This document shows positions 38,605 to 45,635 of a stretch of 64,000 bases of DNA, in pieces. The notes beneath the pieces are model-generated. The model was not told the DNA's origin. It did not search any database and was given only the letters and a program-made list of their open reading frames with translations. Origin of the DNA: a virus; IMG/VR virus record IMGVR_UViG_3300038701_001169, positions 1 through 64,000 of that record; one strand, written 5' to 3'. Position 1 is the first letter of the stretch; the number at the start of each line of letters is the position of its first letter. Position numbers and translations under genes: made by a program.

Positions 38605-38606
38605 AT
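36453..38606 (-). other. 717-codon second open frame (frame B, ATG start) fully overlapping the methyltransferase gene
   Basis: ORF track. Its C-terminal 200 aa carry SWPTSRVSDAEGG, NWGTPRVTSNGG, NWTTPTARDHKD and LNPDWVEQLMRIPVG. Confidence 0.6.
37360..38343 (-). mobile_element. 328-aa intein with a LAGLIDADG homing-endonuclease domain, inserted at the catalytic Cys of motif IV
   Basis: N-terminus CFTEGHLVLTKEG, block B TDEHPFYT, LAGLIDADG-like GRWLADGY and GYMSGDGH, C-terminus NNIVVHN followed by +1 Cys. I verified the codons at both junctions by hand. Confidence 0.85.
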
Positions 38607-38632
38607 ATAAGTCCTTGGTTATTTGGTTTGGT

Positions 38633-38875
38633 TTATTTGGTGTTGGTTATTTGGTAGGTATAGTTTTCAGCAAGTCCCATACATGTAAGGTGTTCGTTGA
38701 TTCCTTCTCTCGACCAGGTTCGTCCAGACTCTTTATGGATTAGTGTCCAAGCATCTCTAAGTCCTCTTTCCGGCTCAAAGATAAATCGAATTTCGAACAG
38801 GTTATTGTAGTAATGAAGGTATCCGTAGTCTTCGTGATAATTGGTCGTGGTTTCAGGTTCTTTAGTCCAGTCCAT
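38633..38875 (-). CDS. hypothetical protein
   Basis: ORF track. Confidence 0.5.
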   Translation of the reverse strand: MDWTKEPETTTNYHEDYGYLHYYNNLFEIRFIFEPERGLRDAWTLIHKESGRTWSREGINEHLTCMGLAENYTYQITNTK

Positions 38876-39140
38876 CTAAGTGCTTCTTTATTTCATTTAG
38901 GATGTACTCAAGGGACATAACGGACTCGATATTAAGGAACTTTATATCTAGTAGTCTTAACCTGTCAGTAGCGTCTAGATCTCCTGCACCTATTGGCTTA
39001 GGGGAGTGGTTTACACTGATAGCTAGAAAGGGTGTATCGTCCTCTGTAACAGCAAAACCGAAAGATAGTTCTCCTTTACCTGCAGTCACTCCGACTCTAC
39101 CGTCTGGATATCTATCGATGGGTTTATACTCTTTACTCAT
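38862..39140 (-). CDS. hypothetical protein
   Basis: The ATG at 39140 overlaps the upstream stop (ATGAGTAA). The track start at 39185 is less likely. Confidence 0.5.
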   Translation of the reverse strand: MSKEYKPIDRYPDGRVGVTAGKGELSFGFAVTEDDTPFLAISVNHSPKPIGAGDLDATDRLRLLDIKFLNIESVMSLEYILNEIKKHLDGLD

Positions 39141-39636
39141 GCGCATAACCTTTCTCTTCTTTGATTCTGTGAAATGAGTCCTCAATAAGACCTAGCGATT
39201 CTAGTTCATTGATTAAGTGTCTACCTGAGAACATGGCATCTTCCAGCCTATGTCCCGGGTTAGTTGGATCATAATGAAGGGCGAGATAAATAGAGTTAAA
39301 TATATCTACTCGCTGTCTTAGTTTCTCATGCATCTCGTACTTGAATCTGAGTAGTTGTTCTTTCTCTCTATCTCGGATATCAGAAACAGATTGAGAAGCC
39401 CCTTTATCGAACATAGTAGGATCGAAGCAGACACTCACATCTATCTGCCTCTGGATCTGGTCAGTATCTAAACCTTTGAGATATTCAGATACAGCGTAAT
39501 TGTAACCGGATCTAAAGTCGTTCTGTAAACCACTTTGCTTGATTCGTGGTATCTGGTCTATGATAATATAGTAGACAGCAAAGAAAATAATGAGAGAGAT
39601 TAATAACAGTGAAACATATCCTAGTTGCTCGATCAT
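39133..39636 (-). CDS. membrane-anchored hypothetical protein
   Basis: N-terminal TM segment YVSLLLISLIIFFAVYYII. Confidence 0.5.
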   Translation of the reverse strand: MIEQLGYVSLLLISLIIFFAVYYIIIDQIPRIKQSGLQNDFRSGYNYAVSEYLKGLDTDQIQRQIDVSVCFDPTMFDKGASQSVSDIRDREKEQLLRFKYEMHEKLRQRVDIFNSIYLALHYDPTNPGHRLEDAMFSGRHLINELESLGLIEDSFHRIKEEKGYAHE

Positions 39637-39818
39637 AGTTTTTTCCTCGCTCTACGTTTCTCAATCTGCTTCTTTTTCATCCCGGCACGTCTTTTCTCAG
39701 GCCTGTATTTTTTGCGTCTTTTATGAGGGTCAGAATTCCTCCACATTGGGATAGGCTTAAATTCATGAACAGGCTCAATAGCCCCACTGCATAAGAAGCC
39801 TAAAAGTATATGAGGCAT
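39633..39818 (-). CDS. hypothetical basic protein
   Basis: ORF track. K/R-rich C-terminus. It carries the CA-rich leader. Confidence 0.45.
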   Translation of the reverse strand: MPHILLGFLCSGAIEPVHEFKPIPMWRNSDPHKRRKKYRPEKRRAGMKKKQIEKRRARKKL

Positions 39819-39839
39819 AAAAAGTCCTTGGTTATTTGG

Positions 39840-40247
39840 TTAGTCTGAAGCTTTTTCGTACATCTCTTTAATAACGTTCTCAGGGACTGGGTTTGGTCTC
39901 TTACTGTTACGGTCTATGCACGTATTTAGAGGAGTGTGCATCTGTATTGTAGATACCTGGACATCGGGATATGATTTCATGAATTCGAGAATAGTCTCCT
40001 CTGAATTAATGTTCATATTGTCCATGATTATAGAGTATTTAGTATTCTCTATGAGATGTTGAAGTATAGCTATACTTGTTTCTTTAACAGGCTCTGAGTG
40101 CATTGGATGGAAGACTACATTGAACATCATTAATCTTAAGTCATCACAATTGATACGAACCATGTTGCTCGACATAGAAAGTAATTCTTTAGCAAAGGTG
40201 GATTTACCCGATCCTTGTGGGCCTCTCATTAGTATTAGTCTTCTCAT
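39840..40247 (-). CDS. P-loop polynucleotide kinase-like protein (kinase domain only)
   Basis: LILMRGPQGSGKST...RINCDDLR parallels T4 Pnk LTIGCPGSGKST...NINRDDYR as recalled from memory. Confidence 0.5.
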   Translation of the reverse strand: MRRLILMRGPQGSGKSTFAKELLSMSSNMVRINCDDLRLMMFNVVFHPMHSEPVKETSIAILQHLIENTKYSIIMDNMNINSEETILEFMKSYPDVQVSTIQMHTPLNTCIDRNSKRPNPVPENVIKEMYEKASD

Positions 40248-40256
40248 ACGGACTCC

Positions 40257-41171
40257 TTAGAACAATTGAGAGAGGTGATCTTTGACTCTAAGTGTAGTGA
40301 AGTTATTTAGAACTTTATAATCGATCTTAGGGTTCTTGAATTTTTTGATAAAGTCCCATGAGTGTTCACGTACAAGGTCGTAGAAAACGGTGTGAAGAAG
40401 TCTAGGAATCATTTTAGAGGACCATCCTTCGGACTCAGTAACAATGTTAGAATAAACCTTGTCTATGATATCGTCAGTAAGGAATTGATTTATGATCTTT
40501 TCTTCTACGTAATCTGAGCCTTTACATTTAGGAGGGCCGTCCGCTTTTCTGTGCTTTTGTTTAAAGTCTGCAGTGACTATTTTAGCCCATGTCTGTCTAC
40601 CGTACTTGTTCACAAAATCGTAGTTCTTAATTACTACTCCTTCTCCTTTACCTTCCCCGTCCTTAATCAAATAGTCATTATCTTCTAGACACTTGTACAG
40701 GTTTTCTGTAGTAGGGTTTTTAATAACCCTCATAGGAACTATGTAGTCAGTGTAGACCATTTTGTCTAAAAGTACTTTATAATCTTCGTAGTGTACGTGA
40801 GTGCCGTCTTGTTTAACTACATCGAAGATATAGAACTTGCGCCATGCTTCTTTTTCGTATGTCTTTAAAGTGTGAGGTACTAACCACTCTCCGTATACAT
40901 GGCAATTAGGGTAGAACGTATCTAAGTAAGATACTGTATCTAATAAATTATAGTTACTTGAAGCCCATTCCATAAACCCGGCATTGTCTTTGCTTAGTGT
41001 TAGTTGTCTCTTACGACTCCCGAACTTTATTAAATTGTCTTCTCGATCAAGCCATACATGAGCGTTGGTTCCATCTATCTTTGGGAATATGTAGCAGTCA
41101 CCTAGTTCGATTCCTTCTACTTCTGTATTCCCTAGTTTTTCTACATGTTGGTATTTTCTATATTCGGTCAT
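40257..41171 (-). CDS. Rnl2-like RNA ligase (nucleotidyltransferase motif I KIDGTN)
   Basis: YRKYQHVEKL...FPKIDGTNAHVW resembles the Rnl2 N-terminus including KxxGxN. 304 aa. Confidence 0.55.
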   Translation of the reverse strand: MTEYRKYQHVEKLGNTEVEGIELGDCYIFPKIDGTNAHVWLDREDNLIKFGSRKRQLTLSKDNAGFMEWASSNYNLLDTVSYLDTFYPNCHVYGEWLVPHTLKTYEKEAWRKFYIFDVVKQDGTHVHYEDYKVLLDKMVYTDYIVPMRVIKNPTTENLYKCLEDNDYLIKDGEGKGEGVVIKNYDFVNKYGRQTWAKIVTADFKQKHRKADGPPKCKGSDYVEEKIINQFLTDDIIDKVYSNIVTESEGWSSKMIPRLLHTVFYDLVREHSWDFIKKFKNPKIDYKVLNNFTTLRVKDHLSQLF

Positions 41172-41186
41172 GGTTATTTGGTCTCT

Positions 41187-41241
41187 GGTCTTTGGTCTTT
41201 GGTCTTTGGTCTTTGGTCTTTGGTCTTTGGTCTTTGGTCTT
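41187..41241. repeat. about 8 tandem copies of the heptamer GGTCTTT (AAAGACC in the gene sense) in the RNA-ligase leader
   Basis: Read directly, with unit starts at 41187, 41194, 41201, 41208, 41215, 41222, 41229 and 41236. Confidence 0.85.
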
Positions 41242-41950
41242 GGTTATTTAGTTGGTTATTTGGATATAAAGTCCTAAGTGAGTTATTGAGTGTCAGTTGG
41301 GTACTGGCTGCCTTCAGAGCATCCTCCTACGAGACAACTGTTTGTCTTCCCTGATCACGTCTCTAGTATTACCTCCTCCCTCTCCACGAGGGTCGGCCTT
41401 GAGGTACTTGAGGGATGTCTCCCATACCTCTCCACCGTCTTAGGACTAAGGACAACGTATGGGATTCGAACCCCGAAGCTGCATACTTCTACCCGAGCAC
41501 CTATCCTGGTTACTCTACGTTGTCGTGCCTTAATTCGATAAGATCTACATTCCTATCTTTTCGGGACTTGATACAGATGTAAGGCCTCTTGTTTACCTGT
41601 ATTTTCTAGAGAAATACACTAACTGCTAATAGTTAACGGGAACTAGCTTCCCTCTACCAGATACGTGGGGTAGTCCACGTGTAGATTGATAAAGTACAGA
41701 GTAGGTTTTTCACCTACGAAATAAACTCTTTCTATCGAGCCACCTTACATTATCTCCGCTTGCTATTGTGTGCGGTCTGGTTTCCTGTACTGGGTTGATT
41801 CTTCAGAAGGGCTCAACCAAGCCTGTGAGTTTATAGACACTTAGGTCTGATTTTATCTCTTAGAGGTCTTGCTCTGACCACCGTCCCGTTTGCCTGCACG
41901 TCTTATCGGGACCTTCATTCAAGGGTGCAGTCCAGTGTTTAAAACGGACT

Positions 41951-42145
41951 TTAGATCGTTATTAGTTCACATGTTTCAAAGTCTCTCTTACATCTTGAGC
42001 TATGGACCTCATAAGTGGCTTTGCAGTTACCTGAAGACATGCACCTAACTCTATGACATTTTACATGAAGGTTACTGTTCTCTGTATCGTAACGTACAAC
42101 GAAAGAACCCCCGCAAGAACTGCATCTGTACTGTTTATCAGTCAT
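41951..42145 (-). CDS. small zinc-ribbon protein
   Basis: AAGGAGA followed by ATG. Contains CSSCGG...C-x4-C. Confidence 0.55.
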   Translation of the reverse strand: MTDKQYRCSSCGGSFVVRYDTENSNLHVKCHRVRCMSSGNCKATYEVHSSRCKRDFETCELITI

Positions 42146-42166
42146 ATTATCTCCTTAAAATTGTCC

Positions 42167-42198
42167 CGTTCATTTACTGTTGTACGAGGAACTATCAG
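42167..42198 (-). promoter_or_regulatory. repeat motif CTGATAGTTC-N6-CAACAGTAAATGA-CG, copy 1
   Basis: Lies 22 nt upstream of the ATG at 42145 and shares 25 conserved positions with copy 2. Confidence 0.4.
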
Positions 42199-42371
42199 GG
42201 TCTACACAGTGCTTTACAGTGCCTGTGTCCGGTTGCTTCTGTTGTAACTAACCTAGTTATTGTCCTTGTTACTTAGGACTATGGCCTGCTAGGTATAGGA
42301 GTGCGAATAAGTCAGCTCATCACACCATTAACTGTTTAAAGTCACTTCGGACTAGTTCTGACGTTAAGTAG

Positions 42372-42482
42372 TGAATAGGGTAGGATTCGAACCTACGACT
42401 TTCGGTGTTCGGTCTATCTATTTATCATGAATATTTTTAATAAACCCATCGATGCGATGCTCTACCACTGAGCTACCTATTC
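42372..42482 (-). ncRNA. tRNA-like gene 1 (canonical acceptor, D and T arms; 62 nt where 23 are expected)
   Basis: Acceptor GAATAGG/CCTATTC, D arm GCTC-AGTGGTA-GAGC, T arm GTAGG-TTCGAAT-CCTAC. I found no 5-7-5 anticodon arm by hand. Confidence 0.6.
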
Positions 42483-42593
42483 TTATTGCCTGACACAAGG
42501 AGCTACCTCATATCTAGGACTTTCACCGTTGTAGTTATAGGTTCTGACGACAACCTACTTACCGTCCTCAGAGCGTTCCTTCTCCGAGAGAAA

Positions 42594-42705
42594 TGCAGAG
42601 CCTTGGATTCGAACCAAGACTTCACGAGTTAATCAGCCTCATGAACTAGGTTGATGAGTCCTAGATACACCTAGGGTGCTGTGCTACCAGTTACACTAAC
42701 TCTGC
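42594..42705 (-). ncRNA. tRNA-like gene 2 (63 nt between the D and T arms)
   Basis: Acceptor GCAGAGT/GCTCTGC, D arm GTGT-AACTGGTA-GCAC, T arm CTTGG-TTCGAAT-CCAAG. Internal hairpins CTAGG-ACTCATCAA-CCTAG and TCATGAG-GCTGATTAA-CTCGTGA both have 9-nt loops. Confidence 0.6.
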
Positions 42706-42712
42706 TTATATA

Positions 42713-42746
42713 CGCTCATTTACTGTTGAACCTATCGAACTATCAG
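42713..42746 (-). promoter_or_regulatory. repeat motif CTGATAGTTC-N7-CAACAGTAAATGA-CG, copy 2
   Basis: Lies 8 nt upstream of the 5' end of tRNA-like gene 2. Confidence 0.4.
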
Positions 42747-42787
42747 TTTTGCCTCGTGCATTTTCCGGTCTGTCTTGAGGTCTTAAG

Positions 42788-42917
42788 TGCAAGGAGTAGG
42801 ATTCGAACCTACGCGATAGTTGACTAGACTTATCTGGACTAGGGACTAAAAGTAGTCAAATAATAGTTCCTATTCCTACCGGGCTTGTCCCGAGCTCTAC
42901 CACTGAGCTACCCTTGC
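42788..42917 (-). ncRNA. tRNA-like gene 3 (81 nt between the D and T arms)
   Basis: Acceptor GCAAGGG/TCCTTGC, D arm GCTC-AGTGGTA-GAGC, T arm GTAGG-TTCGAAT-CCTAC. The first internal hairpin CGGG-ACAAG-CCCG has a 5-nt loop. Confidence 0.6.
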
Positions 42918-43066
42918 TTAAGTCACGGAGTTTAAAGAGATACAGTGACATCGCTCTTTAATTGATTTGTTACGCTGGCTCAACCTTGCCTCTGGAATCC
43001 GGGCTTTCACCGTACTTGGATCTATTGCGTCCACAAGTGCTTGAATTCCGCAGTAATTACCTAGTA

Positions 43067-43363
43067 TTAGAAAGGTACTTCTTCGTGCTTTCTCTGCTGT
43101 AAGAGATAACCTTCCAGCATCCAGATCTTGTCTCTGATCTTCTTCATACAAACCTTATGTCCAAGATTCTCTGAGTAATTGTCGGGATCTACACAAGTAG
43201 CGGTCTCTACAATAGTGAATCCGTTCTTGAGCCGGACAGCAACTACAGTAGTCAGTTTACCTACTAAGTAGTCCGTTCTAGTTTGTACTTCGACTATTGT
43301 TCTTTCTACATGGTCTGGAGTAACTGAGTCTGGGATGTGTCCATCCGGGTAGTCTGGCTCCAT
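43067..43363 (-). CDS. N4 gp49 / Sf6 gp66 family protein
   Basis: VAVRLKNGFTIVETATCVDPDNYSENLGHKVCMKKIRDKIWMLEGYLL matches the family pattern as recalled from memory. The start at 43363 overlaps the upstream stop (TAATG). Confidence 0.6.
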   Translation of the reverse strand: MEPDYPDGHIPDSVTPDHVERTIVEVQTRTDYLVGKLTTVVAVRLKNGFTIVETATCVDPDNYSENLGHKVCMKKIRDKIWMLEGYLLQQRKHEEVPF

Positions 43364-43866
43364 TATGCTTCGGGCTCTTTCTTGAATCGGCAAGAGTCCA
43401 CGTATCTTTCGTAGTTCTCTTCAGATGCCTTAGCCTCGAATTCGGATTTAGTAATAGGTCCTTTGCATTTCTTCTTGACGAAAGGTTTCTCAGGGTCTTT
43501 CTTCCATGCGGAGTACTCAACTACCATACCCTTCAAGGGTTGTTCTGGACTTGCTGCTTTCAATAAGTGATCGAAAGTAATTTTATCTACTGTAGTGCCG
43601 AATATATCAGCCATAAGTGTTTTAACCTCATTGAAGAAGAAGTCACTTGATTCTGAATGCAGGTCACATACAGATTTTCCAACTGTATTTGTTCCATCGA
43701 AGCAGTGAACTACTTCACCTTCGACTTTAAAGTTACCTATGCCTTTGCGGTTCTTTCCACGTTCGATATTGTCAATACGTAAAAGGAAGTTACCTGGTTC
43801 CATGTATGCAGATGATGATTTAGGTTTTGCGCTGTTGAATTGATCAGCCCAATGGTCTTGACTCAT
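43363..43866 (-). CDS. hypothetical protein
   Basis: ORF track. It carries the CA-rich leader. Confidence 0.55.
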   Translation of the reverse strand: MSQDHWADQFNSAKPKSSSAYMEPGNFLLRIDNIERGKNRKGIGNFKVEGEVVHCFDGTNTVGKSVCDLHSESSDFFFNEVKTLMADIFGTTVDKITFDHLLKAASPEQPLKGMVVEYSAWKKDPEKPFVKKKCKGPITKSEFEAKASEENYERYVDSCRFKKEPEA

Positions 43867-43893
43867 ATGTTCTTTGTCCTTGGTTATTTGGTC

Positions 43894-44085
43894 TTACAGT
43901 TTGTGTGTTATGTAATACGGTGATTTCTTATTTATATAGAGTTCACCGTAGACGTACTCCGATACTGTGGTCCGAATCTTGTTCTGGTTAAACAGATCTT
44001 CTGCTTTTCGGTACAGGTCTGCACGTTGTTCTAAGGAGAGTTTATCTAACGCCTTAGAAAGTTCTATTCTTTGTTGGTTGTTCAT
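43894..44085 (-). CDS. hypothetical protein
   Basis: ORF track. Confidence 0.5.
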   Translation of the reverse strand: MNNQQRIELSKALDKLSLEQRADLYRKAEDLFNQNKIRTTVSEYVYGELYINKKSPYYITHKL

Positions 44086-44621
44086 TTACCGCTTTGTTTA
44101 AATTTATTTAGTGCCTGTTTCTTTTGGTGCTGTTCCCTGACGAACTGAGCAATGCATACAGCGTCTAATAAATGCTTCTGTTCAGTTTTTTTGAAACGAG
44201 GTAATAACTGAACCGCTGCACAATACCCAGCACATTCTATCACGGTCATGCCCATCTTCTTTATAAGCCAGAATTGGTTCTGCTTCTTTGTCCTGGACCT
44301 GGACCATGTATGAGGGAGTATTAGTTCAGGTTGACTAAAGTGCTGTGCTATGTACATCATTGATATGCCGCATGCACGTGCTAGAGTTAATAATGATTTG
44401 ACCTTTGCTGGCGTGTCTCCGGGGTAGAATTGTTGAGACTCTACTGTAGATATGTATGTAACATTAGGGTCTACTTCAGGGATATGTAAAGAGTGTTGTT
44501 TAGCAGAGTCCTTGAGGTCTTTTGAATTAATACACCAAGCATCTACTAACTTTCCTTCTTCATCTATGATTGCATACGAGGCTTTCTTTGTGTCAGGGTC
44601 ACAGGCTACATAATGTGTCAC
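44082..44621 (-). CDS. RuvC-like Holliday junction resolvase
   Basis: N-terminal VACDPDTKKASYAII and C-terminal HLLDAVCIAQ, in a RuvC-like acidic-residue layout. Confidence 0.5.
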   Translation of the reverse strand: MTHYVACDPDTKKASYAIIDEEGKLVDAWCINSKDLKDSAKQHSLHIPEVDPNVTYISTVESQQFYPGDTPAKVKSLLTLARACGISMMYIAQHFSQPELILPHTWSRSRTKKQNQFWLIKKMGMTVIECAGYCAAVQLLPRFKKTEQKHLLDAVCIAQFVREQHQKKQALNKFKQSGK

Positions 44622-44962
44622 TCTACCTTCTGCACTGAAACGATGTTCTTATACATTGAGAAGAAAGGTACTCTCCATCCATATATATCTGCTTTGTAGG
44701 TGCTACCTTCTTTGAGTTCTCTCTGAATATCTGAGCTATTAAATTTCCATCGCATAATAGAGTCTTTGTTCTGAAGTACTTCGTCCGTCGTGAATATAAG
44801 GTACTTGGATTTAGAGTTACTGATTACTACAGTCTTTTCCTCTACAGTGAACTCAATAGTATCTGCTGTTGCGTATGGGTAGATCATAGCTCCTATGCAG
44901 AATACTATGAAAGAGACTATAATGACTAACGATCCTATTAAAGATAATGTATCTGACTTCAT
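44618..44962 (-). CDS. membrane protein (DUF1523-like)
   Basis: N-terminal TM segment, then YKADIYGWRVPFFSMYKNIV. Confidence 0.45.
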   Translation of the reverse strand: MKSDTLSLIGSLVIIVSFIVFCIGAMIYPYATADTIEFTVEEKTVVISNSKSKYLIFTTDEVLQNKDSIMRWKFNSSDIQRELKEGSTYKADIYGWRVPFFSMYKNIVSVQKVE

Positions 44963-44995
44963 TTAAAGTTGTTCCTTGGTTATTTGGTTAGGTGG

Positions 44996-45220
44996 TTATA
45001 AGCCATTGCGACTATTGACTATTCTCATCCACTCGTCATCTAGTGCGTGCCAAGTCTCTATACTTATCTTAGTATTTAGAGAAGGTGAGTGGGAGATGTA
45101 TTGTACAGGCCAATGAGAATCACAGAATCGCTCTAGAGTAAGTCCAACGGACTCTAGTCCTTTAAGGAACTCTTCGAGTACAAGGTGGTCCTCTAGGAAC
45201 TTTTTGAATTTCTCAGTCAT
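44996..45220 (-). CDS. hypothetical protein
   Basis: AAGGAGGA followed by ATG at 45220, overlapping the upstream TGA. The track start at 45253 is less likely. Confidence 0.5.
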   Translation of the reverse strand: MTEKFKKFLEDHLVLEEFLKGLESVGLTLERFCDSHWPVQYISHSPSLNTKISIETWHALDDEWMRIVNSRNGL

Positions 45221-45495
45221 GAATCCTCCTTGTAGTGTCCTTGAGACATGCATTTGTCGTACAGTTCTTGAGATACTAAACTAACTATAGCTCGGGCGAT
45301 AAAATCCTCTGCGAGATTATCTACAGCTAATTGTGCAGCGTATTTAACATCAAAGCTCCTGTAGTAGTTATCTTTATATGTTAGAGTTATAACTTGCTCG
45401 TCGAAGTAAGTAGTTTGTAAAGGCATGGACTTAGGCAGTCTTTGCATAACATTCCCTAATGCGCCTACTACAGATTCTCCAACTACATCTGCCAT
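45217..45495 (-). CDS. hypothetical protein
   Basis: ORF track. Confidence 0.5.
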   Translation of the reverse strand: MADVVGESVVGALGNVMQRLPKSMPLQTTYFDEQVITLTYKDNYYRSFDVKYAAQLAVDNLAEDFIARAIVSLVSQELYDKCMSQGHYKEDS

Positions 45496-45512
45496 TATTT
45501 TAGTAGCATGTT

Positions 45513-45635
45513 TTACAGGTAGAGGACCGAGTTGTTTCCAGTAGCTTCTCTCTCTTCATCCCATTCGTGTAGTTGTATCCTCTCCATCTCTTCATGAAAG
45601 CAGTCAGTTACTTTTTTAACTTTATACCTTCTCAT
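45513..45635 (-). CDS. hypothetical 40-aa protein (below the track cutoff)
   Basis: Hand translation MRRYKVKKVTDCFHEEMERIQLHEWDEEREATGNNSVLYL. Its ATG overlaps the helicase stop (ATGA). Confidence 0.35.
   Translation of the reverse strand: MRRYKVKKVTDCFHEEMERIQLHEWDEEREATGNNSVLYL

Noticed and set aside
36442-38610. Nine + strand ORFs of 62-180 aa lie antisense to the methyltransferase gene.
   Set aside because: They have no ribosome-binding context and no recognisable motifs. They are interrupted in all three + frames, and I found stops in each frame near 37516-37544. They are most simply a by-product of the GC-richer, stop-poor composition of this locus. That composition is reported as a finding.
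41187-41241. The tandem short repeats here, and at 8119-8146 and 63133-63183, could be a CRISPR array.
   Set aside because: The units are 6-8 nt and directly abutting, with no spacers. No cas genes are present apart from a Cas4-like replication nuclease. These are microsatellite-like leader expansions.
41450-41524. A fourth tRNA-like element has a GGTTCGAATCC box and a 7-bp terminal pairing GACAACG/CGTTGTC. It is 75 nt long.
   Set aside because: I could not form a D arm, an anticodon arm or a 5-bp T stem; only GGG/CCC pairs. It is possibly a degraded tRNA or a different structured RNA. It should be re-examined with covariance models.
40997-41541. + strand ORFs encode WSLVFGLWSLVFGLW-type repeats.
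   Set aside because: They are translations of the GGTCTTT heptamer array and of the tRNA-like island, on the strand opposite all neighbouring genes. There is no start context.
42918-43151. A 77-aa minus-strand ORF lies here.
   Set aside because: It overlaps the upstream flank of tRNA-like gene 3 and the 3' part of the gp49-like gene in another frame. It has no start context.
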